A DNA stretch of 57,109 nucleotides, the filler included, from Dugesia japonica (lineage: Eukaryota), in the NCBI GenBank assembly GCA_001938525.1. It is 5 parts of 5 records of this genome, joined end to end, with 100 filler letters (N's around TTAATTAATTAA, not from the genome) between each part and the next. Parts side by side here need not be neighbours in the genome. Positions count along the whole stretch, not along the records: positions 1 to 15,161 come from MQRL01563864.1; positions 15,262 to 25,363 come from MQRL01611999.1; positions 25,464 to 39,555 come from MQRL01626770.1; 2 more parts are not named here. The stretch is one strand, 5' to 3'. This document shows positions 12,481 through 26,955 of the stretch, in pieces. The notes beneath the pieces are model-generated. The model was given only the letters and a program-made list of their open reading frames with translations. It was not told where the DNA came from and did not search any database. Both the position numbers and the translations under genes were made by a program. Each line of letters begins with the position of its first letter. Positions within the stretch are counted from its first letter, which is position 1.

Positions 12481-13220
12481 TTATAAATAGAAATTAATCA
12501 TTAATAAAAGTTATTTATCTTAATTTCTATTGGTTGAAATTATTCTCTTCTAATGGATTTTTGTATAATGCATTTTTATGAAATGCCATACTAAAAAATA
12601 TTTGCTGATGCCAATGTGAATTTTGATTTCACTAAAAGTATTTCTGATTAATTTTGAGTAATTCTTCTTGATTAGATTACAAATTAATAAAGAATTTTAA
12701 TATAATTTTGCAATTAAAGTTCTTGTTGAAGAAAGTTCCTTAAAGTTATTAAAAGAAATAAAAAAATTTCAAATACTCTTTTTAATTTATTAAAACTTTA
12801 AATAATGTGTTTTACAAAATAAGAATTAGTTTAAAAGTCGGAAACAATGTTAGTGTAATAATATTTAAAAATATGGAATCTATTTAATTGTTAACAGTCA
12901 TTAATTGCTAATAGANNNNNNNNNNNNNNNNNNNNNNNNNNNNNNNNNNNNNNNNNNNNNNNNNNNNNNNNNNNNNNNNNNNNNNNNNNNNATAACTTAT
13001 TAAATAAATAATTCATTTTATTATTTATGTAATTTATATATGTGTATTACATAATTACAAAATAATTTAAAAAATATAAATAAATTTCAATATGGAGGTT
13101 TTTGTTTAAATTATTTGTTTACTTTCTAATTTGTAATTATAAACGTTATTGTGAAGTTGGTAAAGTTAGTTCCTAAATCTACATTTGTAACGATATTAAT
13201 CATTAATTTTAAATTCAGTT

Positions 13221-14695
<1,475 letters not shown>

Positions 14696-14706
14696 CTTTG
14701 GTGTAG

Positions 14707-14712
14707 AATAAA
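14707..14712 (+). promoter_or_regulatory. Candidate polyadenylation signal of EF1A
   Basis: AATAAA just after the stop codon with a downstream GT/T-rich tract; another AATAAA lies near 14866. Confidence 0.4.
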
Positions 14713-15161
14713 TTTTGGAATAAGTTCATTGGGTTTTTTTTGCAATATTGATTATTAATGTTAAATTTGTGGTCAAAACAATTGTCTAGCTATATTTTTA
14801 ATTTAGTTTTAAGAAGTGAAGTTGAATTTATTTTTAAAAATGTATGTAACAAAGTTTAGTCTTCAAATAAATTGAAATTATTTTGTTATTTGAGTTTTGT
14901 TGGATGACCATGTTGATACCAAATATTCATTAAGGCTTTTTATGATTTTTGTACTACAACAAATTATTTATTAGTTGGATTTGATTTCTGAGGTTAAAAA
15001 GTGAATTGTGACAGAATTCGAACTTGGTAATAAAATGCTGAATTTTGATCGGACCCCTGTAATGTAAGGAAATTAAATTTATATTGTTAAAAGGTCAAGA
15101 GATGAATTTAACATAGCCATTTAAAAAGGAAAGGAAAAATAAACCAACATACTGCAAGCAC

Positions 15162-15261
15162 NNNNNNNNNNNNNNNNNNNNNNNNNNNNNNNNNNNNNNN
15201 NNNNNTTAATTAATTAANNNNNNNNNNNNNNNNNNNNNNNNNNNNNNNNNNNNNNNNNNNN
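15162..15261. other. Artificial scaffold spacer
   Basis: 44N + TTAATTAATTAA + 44N (stops in all six frames). Confidence 0.97.
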
Positions 15262-15327
<66 letters not shown>

Positions 15328-15330
15328 AAT
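15262..15330. repeat. (AAT)n microsatellite
   Basis: Read directly from the sequence. Confidence 0.95.
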
Positions 15331-15725
15331 AAAGAATTTTTACTACTTGAAAAATGAGTAAATCATATAAATTGAAAGATATTATTTCTTTTAATGGTAT
15401 AAAGTAATCATTAATGAAAATATTATTAATCTTTTGAAATTTTTTATGATTTCTTGAAAGAATGAAGGAAAATATATTTTATTAACTTATGAAAAATTAG
15501 TAAAAATTATCTTACACTCTTCCAATTGTAAAATAAAGTCATAATCATGAAAATTATACTCAAATATTTCAAGACTTGAATTTTTCTGATATTATTTTCA
15601 AATTTCTTTTTAAATATTATTTTACAATATATTACTTACAATTTATCAATAGTGTTTATATATTTAAGTTATATAAATTAAATCAAAACTAATTGAATTC
15701 AATTGAATATTTCTTTTAATTATTA

Positions 15726-17063
15726 CCGTATTTTCCCATCAATAACACATGAGTTATCTATACAGAAAACCTTATCAAAGAAAACCACTTTGCGTTTAAG
15801 AAGGTGTCAATTAGATGTCTTAAGGTTGTCATATTATAAAACACCATATCCGAGCTATACGTAAGATTAAGGCCTGCAGTAACAGTATTCCGGGGCTATT
15901 TTGACGACCTATAAATACTGATATTCGGTATTTAATTAAATATCATATTTCCATTTGGTGTTTAATGAAAGTATTCAGATTACATTAACTAGTTAGTGTT
16001 CCTTTAGCCGTTAAAATATGTTATGTTGTGCAAAGTATTTTTTGATATTTATCTATATTGTTTAATATAATTAAATTATACTCTATATTTAATCACAGAT
16101 AGATTTTGTTGAAAAAATTTGTATTTTATTAATTATTGGAATATATATTTTATTTCAATAGACTTAAGATGAAATTTGAACTAGTTAAAAAAGGCGTTAC
16201 AGACAAAATTTCCGTTTGGCATTATTTTCTGAGAGATAAATCAGGAAAATTGGCAAAATGTATCAAATGAAATATTGAAATAAAAACCTGCGATGGATCA
16301 ACTAAGAACTGCTCATGATATCGACTTGTTAAGAAATAGGGAATTAGATGCAGAATATCTCAAAACTTCAACATTCTCATGTAATAAATCTACTAGTACT
16401 GTACCGCTTAAATTAAAAAAATATCGATCCACTTTAACAATGAAAATGATGATCTTGGTATAGTATTAGCCAAAATGACTGCGGCTGATGGTCTACCATT
16501 TAAAATTTTTATTCAAAGCAAGATTAAATTTTGCAATTAATAAACAAAAATAGATGAATCACAAGGTTAAAGTAAAAACATTTGAGAATTTGGAGAAAAC
16601 TATTAAAAAAGTAATACCTATTTTCGAAGGAAGACGATGTCGAGGAATAAATTTACAAAAACATATGAATATTTGTATACTATTCCCCCAACTAGCATAG
16701 AGGCTGAAGGATTATTTTCCTCATCTGGAAATATTTGTTCAAAAATCAGGTCATCTCTAAGTGATGATACCCTGAACACACTTTGCTTTTTAAGAAGCCA
16801 CTTCCTTTCAAAAAAAATTGATTTTTTTCATTATAGTTTTAGTTTTATTTTTTCCCGAATCAATAATATGATTTGTTTGATTTGTTCTTTTATTAATTAA
16901 CAAATTTATCAATTTATACAATTTGTTTTCAATTTTTAAATAATTCACCAATACCGGTATAATACCGGTATTTATTAAAATACAATACCAAATACCGCTA
17001 TCTATAATTATCTCTGGTATTGCAGACACTACGTAAGATGCGTGTTATCGATGTGAAAATGTG
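15726..17063. mobile_element. Short pogo/Tigger-like MITE, split by a hAT insertion
   Basis: Left end TA-CCGTATTTTCCCATCAATAACAC; right end GTGTTATCGATGTGAAAATG is an imperfect inverted copy. Confidence 0.55.
15868..17031 (+). mobile_element. Non-autonomous hAT transposon (BED finger and dimerisation domain remnants)
   Basis: Perfect 8-bp TSD CGTAAGAT (15860-15867, 17032-17039). Imperfect TIRs TAAGGCCTGCAGTAACAG / TAGTGTCTGCAATACCAG. SVWHYF...AKCIK and TIPPTSIEAEGLFSSSG...LCFLR. Confidence 0.93.
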
Positions 17064-17195
17064 ATTATTGCAATTATTGTGAGAATATTTGTTGGACGTA
17101 TCGATTGATCGTTTTTATAATTCATTTAAAATAAAAGGTTCGATCAAAAAACAAAAAAGAAATTTTTGATCGAAACTTTTATTTTAAATGAATTC
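17064..17195. repeat. Penelope-type inverted-repeat fragment
   Basis: Shares TGCAATTATTG.GAGAATA...TTCGATCAAAA / TTTTGATCGAA with the 21975, 24970 and 44870 copies. Confidence 0.6.
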
Positions 17196-17230
17196 TAAAA
17201 TATTTAATCTACAAATAAATAAAACACTAC

Positions 17231-20200
17231 TTTTATTCGATTCGTTTTCTGTATCTGATGATGGCGATGAACTTCTTGTATCTACTGGACTTTTACGCTC
17301 ATCAGAAACTGAAATTATCTCGATAAATCTATTAATTAAATTTGATTTGTTTTACCTTGCTGAAAGAACTGAATCGAAGAGTTCAAATTTGAATTGAAAA
17401 ACTTTTCTTTTCGATCGATATATAAAGGTTTATTTTGTGTTGTTTCATCTGAATTTGTTTTAATAAAAATCTTTTAATTATTCATTTTATTATAGAAATA
17501 AACAAAAACCAGTTTGTTTTAATGCTGATTCAGAAGATGGAGAATTCAGTGTATAGTAAACAGGATTGAAACGATAAATATTATCTAAAAGTTAATCAAT
17601 TTCTTTTTGATATAATTTAGAAAATCTCACCATCCTTATTAGGATAAATAAGAGAGCGAGTATCTTCATTGCTAAAATATTCTAAAATAATAACAATATC
17701 ATATTTTCATAAGCCATATTTTCACACCTTCGAATTTTCCGCTGTTNCTTTTTAGACTGAATGACTTTGTTTTAATGAAAACATTTTCGTCTTCATTGAA
17801 TTGATTAGGAAATTCTGATGATGTTTCGAACTCGTCAACTGAAAATATAAAATATGAATTCTAATTATTTTTTATGGAGTTTTCTTCTGGAAGTTTTTTA
17901 AATTTAATTTCTTTCATAAAATCCAGTTTCAAATGTTTTGTTTTAATATATTAAAATATTTTGAGAAATAAAATTTGTTTAATATCTAACTGATATTTCC
18001 AAATATGATGTTCATCCCAATAATATGCGCATAAAAAATTCTTGTTGGCATATTATGCTTATGCTTATGCAGAACTTAACTATAAGACATAAATAATAAA
18101 TGTAAATTGTTAAAAAATTGATATACTTAAAAGATTTAATTTAATTTAATTTTAAATAATCTTTTATATTTATTGTTTTGTAATANTTTATGTGTTCATA
18201 CATATAAATTTAATTTGTTTTAATCACTTGTTAACCATTGATCTGTATTTATCAAATAAAACTTTTCAAAATGCGAATATCAAAAGTATTTTTTTCTCTT
18301 CAATATTTCCATCAATCGTTCTATCGATTCCTCGAAAACGATATATATTTATTATATTGTGTCATTTGGTGTTAGTAATAAAAATATGTATATGTATATA
18401 TGTATATGTATATATNNNNNNNNNNNNNNNNNNNNNNNNNNNNNNNNNNNNNNNNNNNNNNNNNNTTTTTTTAAAACACATAATAACTTTATTAATTAAA
18501 AATTCTACTTGGATAAAATTTATTAGTTGCTTAATAGTTTCATTCAAAGAAGCCACCGTCAGCTTCGTAAACTTATTCTACACGAGATCAAAATCGTTTT
18601 CAAGCTTTAAGTAAATGTTTCTGGCTCATATTTGACATTACCTTCACTATGGTGGCTTTCAAAAAATCTATAGTGTTGTGAGAATGCTCATTGATCTCTT
18701 TCTCAATAACGCTCAATATGTAGTAATCTATTGCATTATGGTTTGGGAAGTTAGGAGAACAAATATCAGAAAAGATGTGGTCATAAAATTTTCAGCTATT
18801 TATTTCTGCGTTAATTTAGCCTTGTGTTATGAGGCAGAGTCTTGTTGAAAAATATAAGGTCTTCCATTTTGACCTGAGTTTATTCAAGGCCTAAAATCTT
18901 TCAGGTCATTAATATAGGCAGCAAAATTCACTTTAAGGCCTTGTGGAAATGAGTGAGGAGACATAACATTTTCTTCATTGCTGACTACCCTTGACTAACC
19001 ATGACAGTTGCAGGAAATTTGTTGTGTATTACTCTCGGAACTTTACTAGATTCTCTACTTGACCAAAGATCATTTCTTCTGTTAACTTTCTGATCTTAAT
19101 CAAAGTTTTTTTTCATCCAAGTAAAACCAAATTGCATCGCTTTTTGCTGATTTTTTGATTTTGCTTAAGACCTTTTTAGATCTGATTAACTATTTTTTGT
19201 TTTTTCAAACAGAAATTGTCTTTTCTTTGGCACATAAGGTTTATATCCGATGTTTTTATGGACAGTATTTCTGATTGTTCCTTCTAAGACCTTGAAATCT
19301 TTAGCAAGTGATCACATAGATATTCTGGGATTATGATCAATGGTCTGCTTAACTTCTTGGATAAATTCAGCTTTTCTGACCATGTCAGAGCGTTTGGTAT
19401 GATTTTTACATTTCGTTGTTATATTTTCATTTTTGCTTTCTAGCACTTTACGAATATTAAAAACAAAAGATCGTGCGATTCCATTCAATTAAAAAATAAT
19501 AAACGAAAAATATTTTGATTATAATTTCAATAGGATTTTAGAAATAATTTGAAAACATTTTTTTCTTCACATATTTGATTAAATATTATTCGTAAATATT
19601 TTTATTAGAGATTTTTTAAAATCTTTTAGATCATAAATAAACCTTTATGAAAATGAAAATGCTTCAAAGTCTTTTAATATCGAATTTGCTGAAGATAATG
19701 CTATACCAATTCCTTGAAATTTAACATAAAATGATTTTAATCCATTTCTAGTTATCGATAACAGTTTAAAAACTCACGAGGATAATACTAATGATAATTT
19801 TGTTGCTATAGATAATGTTGGAAGAGAGGAGGAGATAAAACAGGAATTTAAAAAACCAACAACCGCTGTAACATTTTCCGTTGCATTAGAAGCTCTTAAA
19901 ACGTTCTGCGGATATTTTGAAAAAAATCATTGTGATTCAAATAAATTGGAAAATCAAATTTTTGTTATTAAGGAGAAAACATCGTTCAAAGAACACTATA
20001 TAATTACTTTGAAAGTTTTACTAAATATAATAGTTTTCTGATTGTAATTAATGCGAGAATATAAATAAAAATTAAACAAAACAAATATTTTGATCAAAGC
20101 TTTTATTTTAAATGAAATTTTGATAAATCGAAAAATAATTGTTCAACAAGCATTTTTAAAATTTACTTCGGATATCTACATTTTTTATTCATTACTTTTT

Positions 20201-21755
20201 ATTAATTTATTCAAACTTTTGTTATTATGTAGTAAAATCCATATTAAATTTTAATAAGCAATAAAAAATATGCATTATATTCAAAACCTTTTCTTAAAGA
20301 TCTCAGCTTTAACATTAATATTACTGTACTTCGTTTAATTACATACTTCACTTAACTGCATATTACTGGTGTAGCCCCACGACCATGGAGTTAACTTGAG
20401 GGTACTGTATACTAATACAAAACAATTTAATTAAGATTGAATTAAAACAGATTAATTCTTTTGGAGTTATTGTTAGATCAGTTTGAAGTACTCACCGGAT
20501 AATTAATTTCACAACTCGTTTCCATAAAAGATTTATTCACAAAATAAAAACTGTGAATATAAATTTGTTTTTTTTTTAAAAATTTAAAAATTTCAATTTC
20601 GAAACGAAAAATAGAAAATGTCAGTATTAGGGATATAATTAGTTAACTAATTAATTTAAATAATATATGTATTTATATTTATATATGCATTTATATTTGT
20701 GTCACATAATTCCCATCGTAAGCTCTTCGAAAGATAATTAATATTCCATATTATGTAATAATAAGAAATGGAAATTATTATATCATAATTTAACTTATTA
20801 TAAATGCAATCATAGGTTGAGATTTGATATAAATATTTCGATGAATCAGAAGTGAATCAGAATATATTTTGATATTTAATAAATATTTGTATTAGATTGT
20901 GTTGTATCTTAACGTAACAGTCAGCATTTTGAAAAATATTTCATTAAGTCGGTTTATTTTAAATTTTAATGTAAAATTTAAAAATACCATTAAAAATATA
21001 TTTTGTTGAAAATAAGAAATTTGATTATTTTATACATTATAATAAAATTATAAAAATTTTCAAATTTTAATATATATTGTAAATTAAAAATTTTATATTT
21101 AACACAAATTATAAATTTCACATTCGTTTTCTGTGCACAAATAAATTTTAAAATTTATTTTACAAATGATTTTAATGATTCAATTCAAATATTTAACCAA
21201 TCTGATTTTAATAAATCCCGTTTCAAAATACAAAAAATTTCAATCTACTTTTGAAAACTATCTTACAGTTATCTTTTATGATTTTATGTTTTGGTAAAGT
21301 GAAAATTCGTCCTTGATGAAGACTAAATTGAAATAATGAATATTATTTGAATATGAATATTGTATGAATATTCTAATAAAATAGAAAAAAAATAATTCTC
21401 ATCTTCGCATTTTTGTAAAGTTTTAGTTATTAGTTAATATTATCAAAATATATTCTTGTTCAAATATTAAAAATTAGCAAAACATTTATACTTGGTTCAA
21501 TTTCCTTTTCGTTGAAAATATAAATTTCATTTATTAAACTCTCGGTATTTTCTTCGTGTTCTTTTCTTTGTTCAATAAAATCTTTTGGAAAACTCATATC
21601 TATATTTAAGGAAAAATAAAATGAAAATTCCAACTTAATCCAAAGTAAGTAGTTACATTTGTTTTTGTAAAACTCGTGGTGATGCAAAGTTGACATCGGT
21701 GTATTATGTTCTTTCTCTTCTGTTAAATCAAATTGAGAAAACGGAATTCTTGTGT
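17231..21755 (-). CDS. Partial orphan gene with symmetric phase-1 exons: 21755-21657, 21599-21492, 17838-17728, 17681-17631, 17584-17510, 17448-17356, 17308-17231
   Basis: All exons are AG/GT-bounded, 99, 108, 111, 51, 75, 93 and 78 nt long, and splice into one stop-free frame. Short introns are 57, 46, 46, 61 and 47 nt. Product is hydrophilic and S/E/N/K-rich. Start and end not found. Confidence 0.7.
18640..19425 (-). pseudogene. maT/DD37D-type (Tc1/mariner superfamily) transposase remnant
   Basis: KFPATVMV, FPQGLKVN, GRPYIFQQDSA, SPNFPNHNAIDYY (decayed PPxSPDLNPxDY). Confidence 0.88.
19600..20407 (+). mobile_element. pogo/Tigger transposon 3' remnant
   Basis: C-terminal VTFSVALEALKTFCGYFE...NYF; right TIR GAGTTAACTTGAGGGTACTG followed by TA. 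Confidence 0.7.
21040..21270 (+). repeat. Dispersed AT-rich repeat, second copy at 25590-25830
   Basis: Colinear ~230-nt match ending AAAACTATCTTACA in both copies. Confidence 0.75.
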
Positions 21756-21974
21756 CTGAAACTAATATTATAATTAGAATTCAAATTAAATCAGATTACT
21801 TATAACTAAGTAGTAGTAAACAAATTTATTAACATTTAATTAATAAAGGATATCGCCGAATAGTATCAGTGATATTATTTAAGTAGAATGACATTTTGTG
21901 ATACTATTTAGATAATGATATTATTCAATGCTTTCATTTTTTTACAAATGAAATTTTAAAGAATTATAATTACA

Positions 21975-22770
21975 ATATTTGTGAGAATAATTATTGGACA
22001 TAACTATTGATCGCATTTGAGATTTCATTAACATAAAGGAAAAGCTTCGATCAAAATAAAATGTATTTCTATAGAAATTCAAATTTTTTGACAATTGTCT
22101 TCTTCAGGAAAATGATGACTTTTTGAACAAGATTCAATACGATAATATATCTTTTTTACAAAATTCTTAATTTTCTATCACAATTTTATTGGTCTATTAA
22201 ATTAAAAAATTTTTATTTTAAAATTAAATCTCAAAAAATCTTTTTGAAACCTGATATCAACGTGATTTTCAATAATTACAATAATTAAAATTTTAAATTG
22301 ATAAAAGATCAATAAATTAAATTTTAAAAGAATTTTTTAATAAAAAATATTGAGAAAAGATTTTTTTTAATATGAATTGGGAGAATGTTTCTTAAAAATT
22401 GATAGAAAAAAATAATTTTATTTTACTATTTCAATATTTTAATATTTTGATGTTAATAAAATACATATTTTAAATGTTTTAATACTTTTATATATTAGTT
22501 TTTAAAAATTTGGAAGATTTTCAATTCGATTTGGTTAAAAAAGATTTTTTGAGATTTCATTTATAAAGAAAAAAAATTATAATTTAATTGACCAATAAAA
22601 TTTTGATAAAATCTAAAGAATTTTGTAACAAAGATCTATTATCGTTTTGAATCTATCAAAACGTTATCATCATATTCCTGAAGAAGACTATTGTCAAAAA
22701 TTTTAATTTCTTTAAAAATACATTTTATTTTGATCGAATCTTTTTTCGTTATTTTAATGAAATCTTAAAA
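21975..22770. mobile_element. Palindromic Penelope-type element with a degenerate hammerhead in each arm
   Basis: Arms ~22020-22245 and ~22542-22768 are inverted. Each contains TTCCTGAAGAAGAC.ATTGTC[A]AAA. Confidence 0.7.
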
Positions 22771-22872
22771 AAATTAATTAAAAATACTAAAATTACTGTT
22801 AATTAACTAAATATTCAATAAATCTATTTTTTAAAATTGTTTTAAAACTTAAACAATTTTTTTGTCAATCAA

Positions 22873-23118
22873 TAAACTCGTTTAAAACAACAAATAATTT
22901 TTCATTTCAAAAAATTATTTAACAAAGCAAAGATCAAAGTTGTTGTTCTTTTATTTTTAAAATCTGTCTTTATGTCAAAGTTTACAATAAGAATTTACTG
23001 AAAACGGTTCCTAAAGAAGTCTATGCCGAAATATTGAAAATAAAAGAACATCAACTTTGATCTTTGCTTGTTAAATAATTTTTCGAAATAAAAAATTATT
23101 TGTTGTTTAAAACGAATT
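22873..23118. repeat. Short palindromic element with decayed hammerhead-like motif
   Basis: ~85-nt inverted arms; TTCCTAAAGAAGTCTATGCCGAAATATTGAA near 23010. Confidence 0.6.
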
Positions 23119-24764
23119 TAAATATTCAATGTTTTCATCGAGAATAGAATCATTATTAAGTTGTATTTCTGGTTTCAAAGTAGACCATAACTTGCATACT
23201 TTTTTACCATACACGTCTTTTTTGACTTTTAGTGATAGTATTTGGGTTGTAATATTGTTTAAATAGTATCAAGAAAACTGCATGACATTTAGAGATACTA
23301 TTTAAGTAGTGATATTATTTGTTATAGTAAGACAAATCAGTGATATTTGTTATATAAAAAGTAGAATAATTGTTTCTTTTATTTTTTATTTATCTTGATC
23401 GAGAAATCCTAAACATTTTCAATTTCTTTGTTGCCATAAATTCTTAACCAATAAGAATTCAATTAATCCAATTAATTCCAAATGGGTAATTAGTTAGGAT
23501 TTTATGACTGGAATAAAATTGATAAAGACTATGTTGTAATATAGAATAGGAAAAAACAAGTTTAACGTAATAGTTAATTTAAATGATAGATGAAAGTAAA
23601 AAAATTAATAATAAAAACAATAAAACGTAATGACATACTTATGTTTAACAATTACTCACCACTTTCAGTATACTCAATTTCAGTTTTTTTATTAATTTAT
23701 TAAATTATATTAAAAGATAAGAAAATGTTTTTAATTAGATCTGATGAATAATTAAATCAGTTTTAAAACTACCCCGCATTACTATCAAAATTTGAGTCAT
23801 AAGTTACTTTATTGCATTTATAAATAGTACTTCAACAGAATTTTAAGAAATATACTTTAAGAAGCTACGGTTTTACTTATATTTTTCTTTTTTCTTTTTC
23901 TTTATTTTAATGAAATATATTATGTGAGTTTCTGAAGCAGGATTTCTGAACAAATTTTTGCCATGACACGCTTATGAACATATGAAAATATCACAATACA
24001 AATATAGTTATAAATATCATTAGATAAAACACATTATAGCATATTTTCTCAAGGTGAGGCCGCGAACATTTTCCTTGGGGCCATAGAAAATAGAATTCTT
24101 AAACAATTTATTTCCATTTCTTAAAAGTTCAAATCTTTTTCACAAATAACCATTCGTAAATTATCTCCAATGAAAATCTTAATTCTTTTTTAATGTTTTA
24201 AATGATACTTATTCTTGAAAAGGCACTTTTACAGAGATAAGTTATGGCAAAAGACAACAAAAAGAGTTCAGCAAAATTAAATAAATTAAATTCATTCTTA
24301 ACAGACGTTTACAATTGAAAGATATCAGATTCTTCAAATTCGGTTTAATTTCCCTTCGATAATTTCAGATCAATTAATTTATTAATATCAAACATCTTGA
24401 AAAAATTTTAAAACATTTTTTGGAAATATTTATGAGAAAAGGCTAAATTAACATTTTTTTCAAATGGTGCCAAAAAAATTATTATTTTAGAATAATGTGC
24501 TCTTCAAACATTTCTCTCTGAAACACTGCATTGTATTATTATTATACAACATTTATTTACTAACAGAATAATTAAAACTTATGGACTCATGGAAATATAC
24601 TTTAAGGTTCAAGAGGGTGCAGAAATTCACAAAATTGTCCCTGAAATTTAGTTCAATTAAATTACATAATAATTTTACAATGCGTCTAAATTTGATTAAT
24701 ATTTCATTAAATTAAAAGATTTGATAAAAATGTTGTTTTTCTTTTTTTATTTATTTTTTTTTAG

Positions 24765-25200
24765 TTATCCGAATTTTCGACTATTGTCTTCAGGAATTTA
24801 ACTTTTTAATTGATTCAAGACAAACAAAACAACATTTTGATCGAAGCTTTTAATTTAATGAAATCTCAGATACGATCAATGGTTAAGTTTAACAATTATT
24901 TTCACAATAATTGAAATTATAAAATTATTTAAAATTATTATTGCAATTTTAAATGATAAGTAAATCTTTTACAATTGCAATTATTGCGAGAATAATTTTT
25001 GGACATAAACATTGATAGTTTTTCATAATTCATTTAAAATAAAAGCTTCGATCTAAATTTTTTTTCGTTTTTTTGAGATTAATTCGACTTTTTAAAAAAA
25101 GTTTAGAAAAAAAGTCAATTCCTAACGAAGACAGAGTCAAAATATCGAATTAATCTCAAAAACCAAACAAATCAATTTTGATCGAAGCTTTTTTTTAAAT
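24765..25200. mobile_element. Cluster of Penelope-type inverted repeats
   Basis: Same TTTTGATCGAAGCTTT core. Hammerhead-like motifs at ~24769-24798 (-) and 25117-25151 (+; AATTC CTAACGA AGACAGAGTC AAAA TATC GAATT). Confidence 0.65.
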
Positions 25201-25332
25201 GAACTTAGATAAATAAATCGATAATAATTTAAATAAAACTAAAAAAGGATTATAAAAAGGGAAAACGTCCACAATTTATTAAATACAACTATTTACAGAA
25301 GAACCTTAATAAATATAATAAATATTTATACT

Positions 25333-25363
<31 letters not shown>

Positions 25364-25463
25364 NNNNNNNNNNNNNNNNNNNNNNNNNNNNNNNNNNNNN
25401 NNNNNNNTTAATTAATTAANNNNNNNNNNNNNNNNNNNNNNNNNNNNNNNNNNNNNNNNNNNN
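25364..25463. other. Artificial scaffold spacer
   Basis: 44N + TTAATTAATTAA + 44N. Confidence 0.97.
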
Positions 25464-25588
25464 TAAATCATCAAAATACGTATGATAAACACGATGATTA
25501 TTTCATCGTCAAAACATTCAACACTTTTATATAATAAGATTTTTAAGAAAATAAAGATCACGCAGAGCAAAGCGAGGGCAATTTCTAG
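25464..25588 (+). mobile_element. Helitron 3' end
   Basis: GC-rich imperfect hairpin CGCAGAGCAAAGCGAGGG shortly before a terminal CTAG followed by T. Confidence 0.5.
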
Positions 25589-26955
25589 TAAAATTATAAA
25601 ATTTTAATATACATTGTGAATTAAAAATTTTATTTTAGACACAAATTATAAATTTTACATCCGCTTTCTGTAAACAAAAATAAATTAAAATTCGTTTGCT
25701 TTTAATTTTAAAATTTATTTTAAAAATTATTTTAAAGATTCAATTTAAATATTTAACAAATCTGATTTCAATTAATTCCGTTTCAAAATAAAAAAATTTT
25801 AAATCTGCTTTTAAAAACTATCTTACATGTTGAATTTCACAAATGATGAACAAACAGAAGATATTGAAGATATTAGTGTCTAATAAATCGTGACGAATTC
25901 CACAAAAGAAATACATTGTTAATCCCGACAAAAATACTAAAAGCATATCGAAAAATTTAAATATTTAACAGCAAATAGTCGAAAAATATAAACCTGGATA
26001 AATTCACAATTAAACTGGAGATTAGTTAAATTCTAGAAAACTTTACAAAAAACCACAGCTAATCAGGTCACAAATTTCAATAATTAACTGTAAATAATGA
26101 ACCAATGTAAAATTAAAAAACGTATTAAGATTACTCCAAAAACTTTTTTAAAAAAATAACACCAACAAATACAAGAAATGCAGTAAAAATATAAATTTGA
26201 TTAATCAATATAAATATGTCGATTAAAGTCAGAAATAAAAAAAATAAAAAGTTAAAAATAAAAATTTAGATTAAGAAAATAAAAGAATTTAATAGTATTA
26301 CTAAATTTGAAACATTTAGTAAGTGCTACAATGAGTGGTGTTACATATAGTTGAAATAATTTAATCATTGTATTTATTTGTAGTAATTATTTCATTTTCT
26401 TAACCAATATATTCATGACTTTTACCAAATATAATTCATTAATGAAAAAGTCATGCGATTGTAAAATAAAATAATGTAATATACTCTATTTCACACAAAT
26501 ATTTCCAAAATACTTTTATTCGGTGATAAGCAATAAATGTTCGACATACAATTGTGAAAATTTTCAAAATATGAGAACTGCCATATATTTGACAATATAT
26601 TCAGTGAAAAAAAGCTCCTAAGAAATTTTTAAGCAACCGAAATTTTATCAAATGAAATTTGTATGATGTACCAAGAGAAACTAATTTTTCCAAAATAGCG
26701 CAGAAATTTGGAAAGATAAAAAGTAAAAAAAAATCANNNNNNNNNNNNNNNNNNNNNNNNNNNNNNNNNNNNNNNNNNNNNNNNNNNNNNNNNNNNNNNN
26801 NNNNNNNNNNNNNNNNNNNNNNNNNTTCTATTGTTTAAAACTTGACAAATAATACTTTAATTAAGTTATTCATTATTTTAAATATTATTATTGTCTCATT
26901 TTTTAAAATTCATGGATGTCTTTTAAATTATAAATAGAAACAATAAACAAATTAC

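Noticed and set aside
12600-12650. Box C/D snoRNA-like TGATG...CTGA
   Set aside because: Too short, imperfect box C and no terminal stem.
21835-21895. Possible first exon (MSFYLNNITD...) of the orphan gene
   Set aside because: The sequence resembles 23270-23345, so it is probably repeat-derived; the donor is weak.
23660-23740. 81-nt exon candidate with a strong GTGAGT donor
   Set aside because: Two in-frame TAA stops in the required phase; not included in the gene model.
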